Virus record (IMG/VR): IMGVR_UViG_3300032236_002285
Span: 1-64,000 of that record
Direction: 5' to 3' (one strand)
DNA: 64,000 nucleotides
Shown here: positions 41,710-51,865 of the stretch, in pieces
Numbering within the stretch: position 1 is the stretch's first letter
Layout: the number at the start of each line of letters is the position of its first letter
The notes under the pieces: generated by a model
Seen by the model: only the letters and a program-made list of their open reading frames with translations
What the model was told of the DNA's origin: nothing
Databases searched by the model: none
Position numbers and translations under genes: made by a program

Positions 41710-42221
41710 TGAAAAAACTTTTATCAATAATTATAGGAATGACTTTAAGTTTAACAGCTTTTTGTCAATATTCAAATCCTATAGAATACCCAAGATATGA
41801 AAAGGATTCAAATGGTCAAGATGTTGTTGTTATAACTATACAACAAGCTCAAACTCTTGATAATAATATGGAGCTATTAGGACTTTTAGAACAACTTAAT
41901 TCTCAATTGCAAAATTCAGATTCAGTTTGTATTAAAGTTATTAACGATAAAGACCAGGTAATTTCTTCACAAAAAATGGAAATTCAAAAATTAAAAGAGT
42001 CTTTAGATAATAAAGATCAACAAATTTCAGCATTACAAGGTGAGATTGCTGGTTATCTTAAAAAGATTATGGTTTTAGAGGACCAAGTAGAAAATAGACA
42101 AAATGTTATAGATGAGAAGAATTTACAATTAAGAAAAGCAAAGACTAAAATGGTCATAGGTGGTATAGGCGGTACTGCCATTATTATTGGCTTAATAGTA
42201 AGTATTATAACACATCATTAA
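41709..42221 (+). CDS. Exported coiled-coil protein with C-terminal TM, spanin-like partner
   Basis: Signal peptide MKKLLSIIIGMTLSLTAFCQ; C-terminal hydrophobic helix; coupled to the upstream gene. Confidence 0.45.
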   Translation: MKKLLSIIIGMTLSLTAFCQYSNPIEYPRYEKDSNGQDVVVITIQQAQTLDNNMELLGLLEQLNSQLQNSDSVCIKVINDKDQVISSQKMEIQKLKESLDNKDQQISALQGEIAGYLKKIMVLEDQVENRQNVIDEKNLQLRKAKTKMVIGGIGGTAIIIGLIVSIITHH

Positions 42222-42280
42222 TGTGAAAAAAATGACTTTTTATACTTAATATATAATCTATAAAAAATATTCAAATACAA

Positions 42281-42847
42281 ATGAAGCATATTAGAACATA
42301 TGAAAGTTATCGTGTTAAAAAGAATAGAGAAGAAATTATTAGAGAATCTGTTCTTCAAGTTAACGATATTTACAAAGTAAAGACAATGATTGATATTCCT
42401 CAATCTTTAATCAATGCTTATGTAAAAAAAGTAAAAGATACTACTGGTAAAAACTTACGCACGTTCTTTGGTGATGTTGATATTGCTGAAGAAATTGTAA
42501 AGTTTATTAATATGGATAACTTAGATGTTGATAAAATCCCTGGTGGTGCTTTAATGGGTGGTGGTCAATCACAAACTCAAACACAATCACAGGCTCAACC
42601 TCAAGTTCAAGTAGAAGCACAACCTCAAGCTCAAACTCAAGAAGCTCCTCAGGCACAAGCTCAACCAGCTCAAACTGAAGAAGCTCCTCAAGCTCAAGCA
42701 CCTGCACAAGGTGAATTTGAAGAACCTGCACAAGGACAAGCTCAAGCACCTGCACAAGGACAAGCTCAGGCTCCTGCTGAAGAGGAAGAAGCTCCAGCAC
42801 AAGGTGAAGAAGAAAAAGAAGAAGGTGAAGAAGAATTACCTCTTTAA
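42281..42847 (+). CDS. Protein with CTS-like N-terminus and Q/A/P/E low-complexity tail
   Basis: MKHIRTYESY...IIRES; AATATATA at 42248; terminator at 42870-42899. Confidence 0.7.
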   Translation: MKHIRTYESYRVKKNREEIIRESVLQVNDIYKVKTMIDIPQSLINAYVKKVKDTTGKNLRTFFGDVDIAEEIVKFINMDNLDVDKIPGGALMGGGQSQTQTQSQAQPQVQVEAQPQAQTQEAPQAQAQPAQTEEAPQAQAPAQGEFEEPAQGQAQAPAQGQAQAPAEEEEAPAQGEEEKEEGEEELPL

Positions 42848-42964
42848 TTAATAAAATATTAAAAGAATTAAAACCCATCAAATATTTGATGGGTTTTTTA
42901 TTTAATAAAATTACCATCAATGTGATTATCAATTTTTAATATATATAATAAAAATAAGTTATTT

Positions 42965-43654
42965 ATGAAAGTTTGTTGTTCATGTAAACAGGTAAAAACA
43001 CTTGATTCATTTGGTAAATTAAAATCAAGTAAAGATGGCTATAGACATAATTGTAAAGATTGTAGAAAAATATACTCTATAGATAATAAAGATAAAATTA
43101 AAGAATATAGAAAAGGTTATTATTTATCAAATAAAGAAAAGTGTAATTATAAAAGTAAGCAGTGGTACATAGAAAATATAGAATTCAAAAAAGAATATGA
43201 CAAAGAATATGCTTTAGTAAATAAAGATAAAAGAAGTGAAACTTATAAGAAGTGGAGAAATGATAATATTGATAAAATAAGAGAATATAAAAAAAATTAT
43301 TATCATAATGTTACTACAAAAGATCCTGATAAACTAATTAAAGTTTCTGCTAGGTCTTTAGTTAAGAGATTTATGAAGGTTAAAAATCACAAAACAAATG
43401 AGATAATTGGGTGTTCTTATGAGTATCTAAGATTTTATTTAGAATCTAAATTTGAAAAATGGATGACTTGGGATAATTATGGTTTATATAATGGTGAATT
43501 AAATCATGGGTGGGATATTGATCACATAATACCACTATCGTCTGCTAAAACAGACGAAGAATTAATTAGATTAAATCACTATACTAACTTACAACCTCTT
43601 TGTAGTAAAGTGAATAGAGATATTAAAAATGATAAAATTGATTTTTATATATAG
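42965..43654 (+). mobile_element. HNH-type homing endonuclease
   Basis: N-terminal CxxC...CKDC; WDNYG...WDIDHIIPL...HYTNLQPL. Confidence 0.75.
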
Positions 43655-43657
43655 TTA

Positions 43658-44272
43658 ATGGCTTATATTAAAAAATTTGAGAGTTTTCAAAGTCAATCTA
43701 TATTGGTTATAGTTGATGTTCAGAAAAGCTTTCGTAAGTTTTTTTCAGAAATGTATCTGAATGAATTAAAGAAGTATTGTAAACAATTTGATATTGTTTA
43801 TCAAATTTTTGATAATCACATAGATGGTAAGAATGTGGATAAAGATTATTTATATGATGATGAGCCGATTATTCCTATTCATAAAGATCTTTATCATTTC
43901 CCTAATCAAAAAGAACTTATTGAAAAAAGATACAATTATAAAGTAGATGCTGACTTTTATAAGAAAATTCTAGATAAAGAAGTATATAATGATATTTCTG
44001 ATAAAGAAGATAAGAAATTATTAAAGAAAGGTGATATATTTCCTACTAAAGAATATACATACATAGTTTATATTGGTAATAACCATCAGTGGTATCACTG
44101 CCCTAAGAAGTTATATGAGTTATTAACATCATTAAAAGATAAAGAAGTTACAATAGTTGGTGGTGCTGATGGTGAATGTCTTGAAGACATTGTAACCACC
44201 GCTGAAAGTTTAGGCGTTAAAATTAAAAGAAATTACAAGTATATCTATACTGCTAGTAGTTGTCCGATTTAA
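43658..44272 (+). CDS. Cysteine hydrolase (isochorismatase/nicotinamidase-like) with CTS-like N-terminus
   Basis: ILVIVDVQKSF; VTIVGGADGECL; N-terminus MAYIKKFES. Confidence 0.6.
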   Translation: MAYIKKFESFQSQSILVIVDVQKSFRKFFSEMYLNELKKYCKQFDIVYQIFDNHIDGKNVDKDYLYDDEPIIPIHKDLYHFPNQKELIEKRYNYKVDADFYKKILDKEVYNDISDKEDKKLLKKGDIFPTKEYTYIVYIGNNHQWYHCPKKLYELLTSLKDKEVTIVGGADGECLEDIVTTAESLGVKIKRNYKYIYTASSCPI

Positions 44273-44760
44273 CCCTCGTCAGGCATATCAAAACAAATTC
44301 TTAAAACATCACCGTCAAATCCAACCGAACATTGTTCAAAGTTAGAAAAAGCTTGAAACCTCGGAACAATTTCTTCTTGAAGTAGTTTAAATATTTTTTT
44401 AATTTTATTATTATTTGCCATAATAATGTTCTTTAATTTTTCTAGATTTTCGATCTGATTGTCAACTGAATAGCCAAGTGGTGTATAAAGTAACTCTATA
44501 TTACCTGGTTCATCTGTTGGTGGTATTACTTCAAGTAAATATTTAGCTGTTAAGTAAGTTCCTTCTTCATCAACTTCCTCATCATTTATTTGAGGTATCG
44601 TTAATTCACAATCGTAAAAATAGTCGTTCTCTTTTGTATAGTCGTGAAATTCGCAGTGGAAATAATCAGATAATTCCATCATAATCTCTTTGAATGTTTC
44701 AAAATCACATTCTTCTCCTGAAGCTTCGTTGAACTTTTTTAAGTAAGTCATCTTTTTCAT
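44269..44760 (-). CDS. Acidic protein with CTS-like N-terminus (MTYLKKFNEA)
   Basis: 163-aa ORF. Confidence 0.65.
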   Translation of the reverse strand: MKKMTYLKKFNEASGEECDFETFKEIMMELSDYFHCEFHDYTKENDYFYDCELTIPQINDEEVDEEGTYLTAKYLLEVIPPTDEPGNIELLYTPLGYSVDNQIENLEKLKNIIMANNNKIKKIFKLLQEEIVPRFQAFSNFEQCSVGFDGDVLRICFDMPDEG

Positions 44761-45845
44761 AGTGTATCTATAAATTTATATAGTTTTTTAGTATATTCTT
44801 TTCTTTTGTATTCTGCATTTGTCATACAATAAGCAACAAAAGCAAAGTACTTAACTTTCTCTATTAGTACTTCTCTTGATAGTACACCACCAGCATATCT
44901 AAACTCAACATAATTATTGGATAGTTTTGTTATATTGAAGCCAAGATTCTTAAATCCGATATCAGTAACTTTTTTACTTATGAATTGATTTAATACAACT
45001 TCAGCTTCTTTTAAATTATGTAGGTCTAAAGATTTTAGCTTTAACTTTTCTTTATCAGTTAGTTTTCTCAAATATGGTATTAAAGAACCACAAAACTTGT
45101 TATTCATTCTCCAAGTCATGTCTTTGAATGTGTAGGGTGTTGTTTCTTTTTCTGAGAAGTCATTTAACAACATTAAACCTTTAATTGGATTCCACTCTAC
45201 TGGTTGGTTTGAACCAATGTTTATGTGTATACCAGTTCTTTCTGAGAAGTACCAATAATCTTGTTTTTCTAAATCATTATAAAAGTCATTTATCATCTCA
45301 ATTGATTCTGATAAACTTGGTATGTAAGTTTTTGGTTTAATTTCAATACCTCTATCTAAAGTAGAATCACCCACAAAATCAATCTTTCTATACCATTTTC
45401 TTGTAAAGTTAGGCATATGTTGTTTAACCATCCTTTTTAGATGTGAATAATTCTCCTCGTAAATAAATGATTTAATTGAGTTTTTAAGATGATCTATTAT
45501 TTCTTTTTCTCTTTCAGTTTCGTATTTATTAATATCAAACATCTCTTCAAATGTATTTAAATCAATAGATTTATCTTCAACATGATCATATAATTTATAC
45601 ATTAAATCATAAACTAAATCTTTTTCGGATTTCTTTCTTATTCTCATGTCTTTGTAAACAATATCTATAATATCTTCTACCGCATCTTCGTCAATATCTT
45701 TAAATTTAACCTTAATATTACTTCTATCTAATGTTTCTATTTCAAACTCAAATGCCACCGTGAAGTAATCGCTGAAGCTTTCAATCATTGCGATATCTTT
45801 AGGGTTTACTTCTTCAAATAAAGAGAATTTAATTAGATGTTTCAT
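44757..45845 (-). CDS. Putative amidoligase (COOH-NH2 ligase type 2) with CTS-like N-terminus
   Basis: AFEFEIE, DSTL..GIEI, TGIHINIG, VEFRYAGG; N-terminus MKHLIKFSLFEE. Confidence 0.7.
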   Translation of the reverse strand: MKHLIKFSLFEEVNPKDIAMIESFSDYFTVAFEFEIETLDRSNIKVKFKDIDEDAVEDIIDIVYKDMRIRKKSEKDLVYDLMYKLYDHVEDKSIDLNTFEEMFDINKYETEREKEIIDHLKNSIKSFIYEENYSHLKRMVKQHMPNFTRKWYRKIDFVGDSTLDRGIEIKPKTYIPSLSESIEMINDFYNDLEKQDYWYFSERTGIHINIGSNQPVEWNPIKGLMLLNDFSEKETTPYTFKDMTWRMNNKFCGSLIPYLRKLTDKEKLKLKSLDLHNLKEAEVVLNQFISKKVTDIGFKNLGFNITKLSNNYVEFRYAGGVLSREVLIEKVKYFAFVAYCMTNAEYKRKEYTKKLYKFIDTL

Positions 45846-45893
45846 ATTGTCTATATATATAAAATTAATATATACTAAAAATTAATGTGAATT

Positions 45894-46340
45894 ATGCCAG
45901 CTCGTTCAAAAACACAACAAAGATTAATGGGTCAAGCTTATGCTTACAAAACAGGTGAGTTAAAGTCAAAAGATATGGATCCAGAGTATGCTGATGAGAT
46001 AAAGAAATTAGCTAAGTCAATGACTGAGAAACAGCTAAGAGATTTTGCTAAGACAAAACATAAAAATCTTCCTGAGAAAGTAGAAGAAAAAATAAAAAGA
46101 TTTGATTCTTTTAATGAATCTATTGAAGATGGTATGAATGATAGAGTTGTCTATATAATAATAGACCAAGATATGCACAGTTATGAAGCTATTCTAGGTA
46201 TATATGACACATTTGAAAAGGCAATGAACTCTAATGTGTGGTCAAATAGAGGTATAACTCCTAATGAAGAAGGTGAAGGAGATTCTCTATTCATCTATAA
46301 AGAGTATGTGAACAAAGAACTACAACCAAAATATAATTAA
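45894..46340 (+). CDS. DUF3008-like protein with internal CTS-like motif
   Basis: MPARSKTQQRLMG...SMTEKQLRDFAKTKHKNLP followed by KIKRFDSFNES. Confidence 0.65.
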   Translation: MPARSKTQQRLMGQAYAYKTGELKSKDMDPEYADEIKKLAKSMTEKQLRDFAKTKHKNLPEKVEEKIKRFDSFNESIEDGMNDRVVYIIIDQDMHSYEAILGIYDTFEKAMNSNVWSNRGITPNEEGEGDSLFIYKEYVNKELQPKYN

Positions 46341-46344
46341 AAAC

Positions 46345-46370
46345 AAAAACCAGTCATTTGACTGGTTTTT
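46345..46370. terminator. Bidirectional intrinsic terminator
   Basis: AAAACCAGTCA-TT-TGACTGGTTTT. Confidence 0.75.
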
Positions 46371-46743
46371 ATGTTATAACTGCATATACATTATAGTCTG
46401 CTATTTGAAATAGTATCTCCATATATTCCTGATATCTTTCGGGGTCTTCATAAAAGTTAACTTGTAATTGATAAGATATTGAATCTAATTCAGGTATATA
46501 ATTTTTTACTTGATTTCTTAATTCCGCTTCAATTGTTTCGGCTGATAATCTTGTCTCATGTAAATATCTTGGTAAATCTCCGCCAAAATTTGGCTCACAT
46601 AATAATTCACCTCTATTGGTGAATATCATCATCTCCCATTTTTGCACGACAACTTTAACAAGATCATCTTCAATGATTTGAGAATCATTAAATCTTGGGT
46701 GTCCAGTGTATTCAATATAAAAATCTGTAAAGTCAAAAGCCAT
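46369..46743 (-). CDS. gp25: Baseplate wedge subunit / sheath initiator
   Basis: FTNRGELLCEPNFGGDLPRYLHE...YIPEL. Confidence 0.8.
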   Translation of the reverse strand: MAFDFTDFYIEYTGHPRFNDSQIIEDDLVKVVVQKWEMMIFTNRGELLCEPNFGGDLPRYLHETRLSAETIEAELRNQVKNYIPELDSISYQLQVNFYEDPERYQEYMEILFQIADYNVYAVIT

Positions 46744-46775
46744 AACATATATATTAATATATTATGGCTCTTTTG

Positions 46776-47738
46776 TTATAGTAAAATCTCTCTGAATTTA
46801 CCAACTATTGTTAAACCTAAAACAATAGGGTCAGTGTTGGTTTCTAGCTTGGAAGAATAATCAGCAATAATAAAATTACATTCAAATAATTTATCTATAT
46901 TCTTACTCTCTGAGATAGACCAATCAATAAATGGCCTGCCTAATAGTTTAATCATGACATCAATCTTTTCAGCGCCAAAGTTAGTCATTAAAAAGTGATA
47001 TATTTTCTCATAATCTAAAGATTTATCATAGATACAATTGTATAAGTCTGTTTTTACTTTATTAGATACATTTGAAGTATTATCACCAAGACTACCTGTT
47101 TCTAAGTAGTTTTGAACTTCAACCATTATAGACCTAAAGTCTGGAAACTTCTTAGTAATAATAGAAATTAAATCTTCTTTAGGTATTTGTTTACCTTCTT
47201 TAGGTAGAATTACATTATTAATTCTTTTATAAATCTCTTGTTTAAGATATTTCTCTTCTTCAACACCTTGACAATCAAAGTTTATTTGAGGAATTCTTGA
47301 TTTGATTCCATCAGAAATCTTATTTAAGTGATTGGTGGTAATAATGAATCTAACATTCTTATTGTACTTTTCTATAAAAGCTTTGAATGCGTCTTGGAAT
47401 TGAGCAGATACTCTTTCAAACTCATCTAAGAAGATATATTTAATATCAGAATCTGTCTCCATCATTGGTTTGAATTTACAAAAATCTTCTATTTCACTTC
47501 TTAAAACATCAATAGATGTGTATAAAGATGAGTTTAGTTCTAAGTAAGGCTTATCTTTTGTGTACTTACCAACAAGTATTCTAGCTAAGCTAGTTTTACC
47601 AGTTCCAAAGTGACCGTAAAATATAAAGTTTTGATTTATACCATTTTCAAAGTGTTTCTTGATTCTTGGTAAAAGAATAACATCGTCCATATTCTTTGGA
47701 CGCCATTTTTCCCATAAAAGTAAAGATTTAACTGACAT
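46776..47738 (-). CDS. gp44: Sliding clamp loader large subunit (RFC-like AAA+)
   Basis: LWEKWRP, GHFGTGKT, FLDEFE, FIITTN, KSR, FPDFR. Confidence 0.9.
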   Translation of the reverse strand: MSVKSLLLWEKWRPKNMDDVILLPRIKKHFENGINQNFIFYGHFGTGKTSLARILVGKYTKDKPYLELNSSLYTSIDVLRSEIEDFCKFKPMMETDSDIKYIFLDEFERVSAQFQDAFKAFIEKYNKNVRFIITTNHLNKISDGIKSRIPQINFDCQGVEEEKYLKQEIYKRINNVILPKEGKQIPKEDLISIITKKFPDFRSIMVEVQNYLETGSLGDNTSNVSNKVKTDLYNCIYDKSLDYEKIYHFLMTNFGAEKIDVMIKLLGRPFIDWSISESKNIDKLFECNFIIADYSSKLETNTDPIVLGLTIVGKFREILL

Positions 47739-47788
47739 ATTAGGTATATAAATTATTAAGAGAAAGTTTATATTTAATATATACTCGT

Positions 47789-48736
47789 ATGATAGGTGAA
47801 AGATTTAATTTTGAAGATGTATTTTTTAGAGATTTAACCGTTTGTGTTTTAGATACTTTAGAGGGACAAGTTAAATGGATCAACAGGTTTTCATCTGGTG
47901 ATGTTTTTGTTGAGGTTCCCTTTTATTATTCACTTACGGGTGACGAGAGATTTCTATTAGATTCATTTGCGGATGATATAGTATCAGAAAACAGATTTGT
48001 TGAGTTAAATACAGATATGATTCCAAGAGGTCATTTAACAATGACTGGTTTTAATATCAAGTCTGATGAATTTGCTAACCCAAATGTTTGGCTAAGAATG
48101 GTTGTTGAGAATGAAGTAGAGATTAGAAAAATAATAGCTAAAGTTAGAGCTGTTCCAATTACCGTAAACTATGATTTAGAAATATTACTAAACTCTGAAA
48201 TTGACACATTCAAGTGTTCTCAGGCTATTATGGATACTCTTTGGTTATATAAGTTTATGTACTTTGAGTATAACTTCATGAATATAGATGCTGTTATTTT
48301 AATGCCTGATTCAAATCAAATTGAAATGTCAAGAGAGAAAAATCTAACATCAGATAATAGTATTAAATTAAAAGTTTCTTTTACGGTTGATACTTATTAT
48401 CCAGCTTTTAGAAGTGATAGAGTTAATGGTACTGGTTACCCTCAACAATATGGTTCAGGTATGAAAGATAGTAATGGTTTTGCATTTTCTGGTGGATATT
48501 CAGAGTATTTTGACCAACCTAAGCAAGCAACACCTTATGGTGCTACTACTAGTTTTTATAATACGCAATCAGCTTCACCAAATAGTGCTTATGGTCAGTT
48601 TGCTAACTCTGATTATATGATAATATCACCTAAAAGAACTAGATGGTTTAACAACATCTTAAAAGCAAGAGAAAAGGCAACCGGTAATATAATTAACCCT
48701 AATGGTAAGGATCCAGGTGGTCCTCCAAATCATTAA
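47789..48736 (+). CDS. gp15: Tail terminator / sheath stabiliser
   Basis: VPFYYS, IPRGHL, AVPITVNYDLEI pattern; late promoter 5 nt upstream. Confidence 0.7.
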   Translation: MIGERFNFEDVFFRDLTVCVLDTLEGQVKWINRFSSGDVFVEVPFYYSLTGDERFLLDSFADDIVSENRFVELNTDMIPRGHLTMTGFNIKSDEFANPNVWLRMVVENEVEIRKIIAKVRAVPITVNYDLEILLNSEIDTFKCSQAIMDTLWLYKFMYFEYNFMNIDAVILMPDSNQIEMSREKNLTSDNSIKLKVSFTVDTYYPAFRSDRVNGTGYPQQYGSGMKDSNGFAFSGGYSEYFDQPKQATPYGATTSFYNTQSASPNSAYGQFANSDYMIISPKRTRWFNNILKAREKATGNIINPNGKDPGGPPNH

Positions 48737-48815
48737 TACAACTAATTTAAAAAATGGTAAAAAATGACTTTTTATCTATAATATATAGAGTATATAAAAA
48801 AAAATATTTTAAAAT

Positions 48816-50099
48816 ATGAAGAATCTTAAACTTGAGTTATTTAACTTCAAAAAGGATCTTACTCTAGACCAGGAGGAAGTTTCTGTGATAGTTGAGGGAC
48901 ATATGAATGCTTGTAATCAGTTATCTGAGAAGCAAATCATAGTTTCTCTTAACGAAAGACTTAAACCATACACTTATGATAAAAGCGTTAAATCTTTATT
49001 AGAAAGTCTTAACGATGATATGAAGAATTATGAGTTGTTATATGAATTGAAGAATTTATATAATGTTCTTAACTCTAAGAATCAAGGAGAGCTTTACAGA
49101 CAACCTTTGAATGTTGTTCTTCAAACAATTAATTTAGAAACTGATCAAGATAGAATGTCTAAAATTCTTAATGAATTAGCAGTTTATGACTGGGTTCCAG
49201 AAGTTAAATTATTCGTTCATAATTTAACAAAATCACCTGAAAAGAAAACAAACCTTTTAAGTGGCGGTAAAGCGGAATCAACATTTACTATTGTTGAGCA
49301 AGTTGAAGATGGTCACATCGCTTTAGTTAAAGATTCATGGTTCTTATTATCTGAAAATACAATTGAAAAAACATTATTAGAAACTCATGTTAAAGATGAA
49401 GAGTCTTTGAAGTCTTTAAGAATGTTAGAAACAGCAATGAAATATGCTCAAGTTACAGAAGATAGAGTTAATTTCAGAATTTCTGAATATTTAACAATCG
49501 GTCTTGCAGTTGGTAAAAAATCTGGTCTTTTTATCAATGATGACGAAATGAACGAAGAAACAACATTAGAAAGTTTATTCTCTTCTCCTATTGTTCCTAT
49601 CGTTAACAAAAATTTCTACCCTATTTTATTAGAAGTTTCTAAAAACTTAGATAAATTCGTAGAATTAGATGTTGTTAAAAGAGTTAACAACTTAATCAAT
49701 CCTTATTTGGAATTATTTGCTTTCAATTACAAAAACAATACTTTTGTTTACAGATGTGATGAGAGATATGGTAATTCATTCTTCAAATACGAATCTGCTT
49801 TAGAATTAGTAAACGAAGTAAGAAACGAATTAAACTATGATTTAACTTATTTCTTTGAAAATAAATTAGATAAAGAATTAATCGTTAAAAGAAAATTAGA
49901 AGATAAAGAAAGAGAAATCACTTTGAAACTTGAAGATGTTAACTTTAACATCGCTAAAGTTAAAGGTTCTATCCAAATGATTGGTGAATCTGAAGTTTTA
50001 ACTACTGCTCTTAAAAACTTAGAAAAGAGAAAAGATAACTTAGATGTTGAATTACAAGCTACTAAGGAACTTCAATACAAAGAAAGAATTAAACTTTAA
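48816..50099 (+). CDS. Hypothetical late protein, possibly a prohead core component
   Basis: 427 aa with highly expressed-type codon usage; late promoter at 48780; terminator at 50114-50143. Confidence 0.55.
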   Translation: MKNLKLELFNFKKDLTLDQEEVSVIVEGHMNACNQLSEKQIIVSLNERLKPYTYDKSVKSLLESLNDDMKNYELLYELKNLYNVLNSKNQGELYRQPLNVVLQTINLETDQDRMSKILNELAVYDWVPEVKLFVHNLTKSPEKKTNLLSGGKAESTFTIVEQVEDGHIALVKDSWFLLSENTIEKTLLETHVKDEESLKSLRMLETAMKYAQVTEDRVNFRISEYLTIGLAVGKKSGLFINDDEMNEETTLESLFSSPIVPIVNKNFYPILLEVSKNLDKFVELDVVKRVNNLINPYLELFAFNYKNNTFVYRCDERYGNSFFKYESALELVNEVRNELNYDLTYFFENKLDKELIVKRKLEDKEREITLKLEDVNFNIAKVKGSIQMIGESEVLTTALKNLEKRKDNLDVELQATKELQYKERIKL

Positions 50100-50239
50100 T
50101 ATCAAATATTAATAAAATCCTCAAAGAAATTTGAGGATTTTTTATTTTAAAATAAACTTTCATGTTGCATGTATGTATAACATGAAAGCATGAAAAAAAG
50201 GCTCTACTCTTTAGAGACTTAAAAAATAAGTACTTATGA

Positions 50240-50605
50240 ATGTATTTAAATAATAAAGACCTTTATATTGAGGTAATCGTATCAAAAGCACAAGGCAAAC
50301 TAACAAGAAATGCTGAAAAAATGTTAGAACTACTTGCCAAAAAAACAATCAAAAAAATGAGATATTGGTCTAATGATGATAAATTAGACTGCTACCAATC
50401 AGGACTATTAGATATGTTCCAAAACTGGTATAACTTTAATGAAGATAAATCCGTAAATGCTTTCGCATACTTTACAGAGGTATTCAAAAGAGGAATCGCC
50501 AAAGGTTATAACGAACTTTATAAGAAGAAAGGTGATAACGAACACTTAATCAAATTAATTTCAATTGAAGGTTCAAACGATGGACAAGGACTTCACTCAC
50601 TCTAA
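50240..50605 (+). CDS. gp55: Late-transcription sigma factor (gp55-like, minimal)
   Basis: YLNNKDL start; NFNEDKSVNAFAYFTEV sigma region 2 motif. Confidence 0.75.
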   Translation: MYLNNKDLYIEVIVSKAQGKLTRNAEKMLELLAKKTIKKMRYWSNDDKLDCYQSGLLDMFQNWYNFNEDKSVNAFAYFTEVFKRGIAKGYNELYKKKGDNEHLIKLISIEGSNDGQGLHSL

Positions 50606-50729
50606 TATTAATATCAAAACATTTGATATAGTTATGGAACCCGCCTTTGGTGTGAGTTCTATACCTATAACTATACTTCCCTCTCGACAGAAAAGAATAA
50701 AGCAAAAAATTGAAAACATCTTTAAAATA

Positions 50730-50757
50730 AAAAATCCACTCAATTGAGTGGATTTTT
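50730..50757. terminator. Bidirectional intrinsic terminator
   Basis: AAAATCCACTCAATTGAGTGGATTTT. Confidence 0.75.
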
Positions 50758-50773
50758 ACTTTATAATCATTTA

Positions 50774-51865
50774 TTATGCTTCTGTTGAAACTTCAACTTC
50801 TGAGTAAACCGTTTGTAACATTCTGAGTGATACTTGATAAGGGTCGCAGTTAGAAGCAGGTCTTCTATCTTCAAAATATCCTTTGTTTTCTACAATTGCT
50901 TGAGCTGGAATTCTTATAGAAGTGTCTCTTGTAGAGAATCCATAACTAAAATCGTTGATACTTGATGTTTCATGAGCACCAGTTAATCTTTGGTCGTTGT
51001 ATAATCCATAAACTTCAATGTGTTCTTTTTGATATTTTTCCAATCTACTCATAGTATCTTTGATAATATCTAAACCACCTTCTTCTCTCATTTCTTTAGT
51101 AGAGAAGTTAACGTGACAACCTGTTCCGTTCCAATCACCTTTAATTGGTTTTGGGTGAAGTGATACATTTACGTTATGTTTCTCCGCAACTCTATCAAGA
51201 ATATATCTTGAAACCCATAGTTGATCAGAGCCATTTAAAGCGGTAACTGGTCCAATTTGATATTCCCATTGTCCTAAAAGAACTTCCGCATTTATACCAG
51301 AGATATCTAAACCAATTTCCATACACATATTCATATGTTCTTCGACAATTTCTCTACCAATTACATTGTCAGCGCCTATACCACAATAGTAATCACCTTG
51401 AGGTCTTGGAGCGATGTTTTCTTGAAAGCCTAATGGTAAACCAATACCTTCACCAAAAGGTGAACCTGACTTGTGCATTAATGTGTATTCTTGTTCCCAA
51501 CCAAACCAAGGAAGTTCATTTTTAACATAATTTTCGTTTAACTTTAATGCTTTTAATTTTTCGGATAATGCTTTTCTGTGATTTGTTTTGTGTGGTGTTC
51601 CATCTGGGTTTAAAACTTCACAAAAAACTAATTTATTTGTTCCTTTTCTGAAAGGATCATAGGTTACAAATACAGGCTTTAGTAAACAATCTGTATTTTT
51701 ACCTTTACCTGATTGAGCTTGTAGTGTTGAACTCCCATCAAAAGACCATACCGGAAAATCATTAGGACTCATTGAGTCGATTTCATTAGTAATTTTAGTT
51801 TTACTTCTAAGTCTTTGTGGATTTGAACCATCAAGCCAAATGTACTCTAATTTGATATTACTCAT
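50774..51865 (-). CDS. glnII: Glutamine synthetase type II
   Basis: LEYIWLDG, WSFDGSST, EQEY, GINAEV..GQWEYQIGP, HPKPIKGDWNGTGCH, RLTGAHET, YFEDRRPASNCDPY. Confidence 0.93.
   Translation of the reverse strand: MSNIKLEYIWLDGSNPQRLRSKTKITNEIDSMSPNDFPVWSFDGSSTLQAQSGKGKNTDCLLKPVFVTYDPFRKGTNKLVFCEVLNPDGTPHKTNHRKALSEKLKALKLNENYVKNELPWFGWEQEYTLMHKSGSPFGEGIGLPLGFQENIAPRPQGDYYCGIGADNVIGREIVEEHMNMCMEIGLDISGINAEVLLGQWEYQIGPVTALNGSDQLWVSRYILDRVAEKHNVNVSLHPKPIKGDWNGTGCHVNFSTKEMREEGGLDIIKDTMSRLEKYQKEHIEVYGLYNDQRLTGAHETSSINDFSYGFSTRDTSIRIPAQAIVENKGYFEDRRPASNCDPYQVSLRMLQTVYSEVEVSTEA

Noticed and set aside
50565-50747. 60-aa ORF after gp55
   Set aside because: Overlaps gp55 and the terminator, start uncertain; could be a real small gene but not supportable
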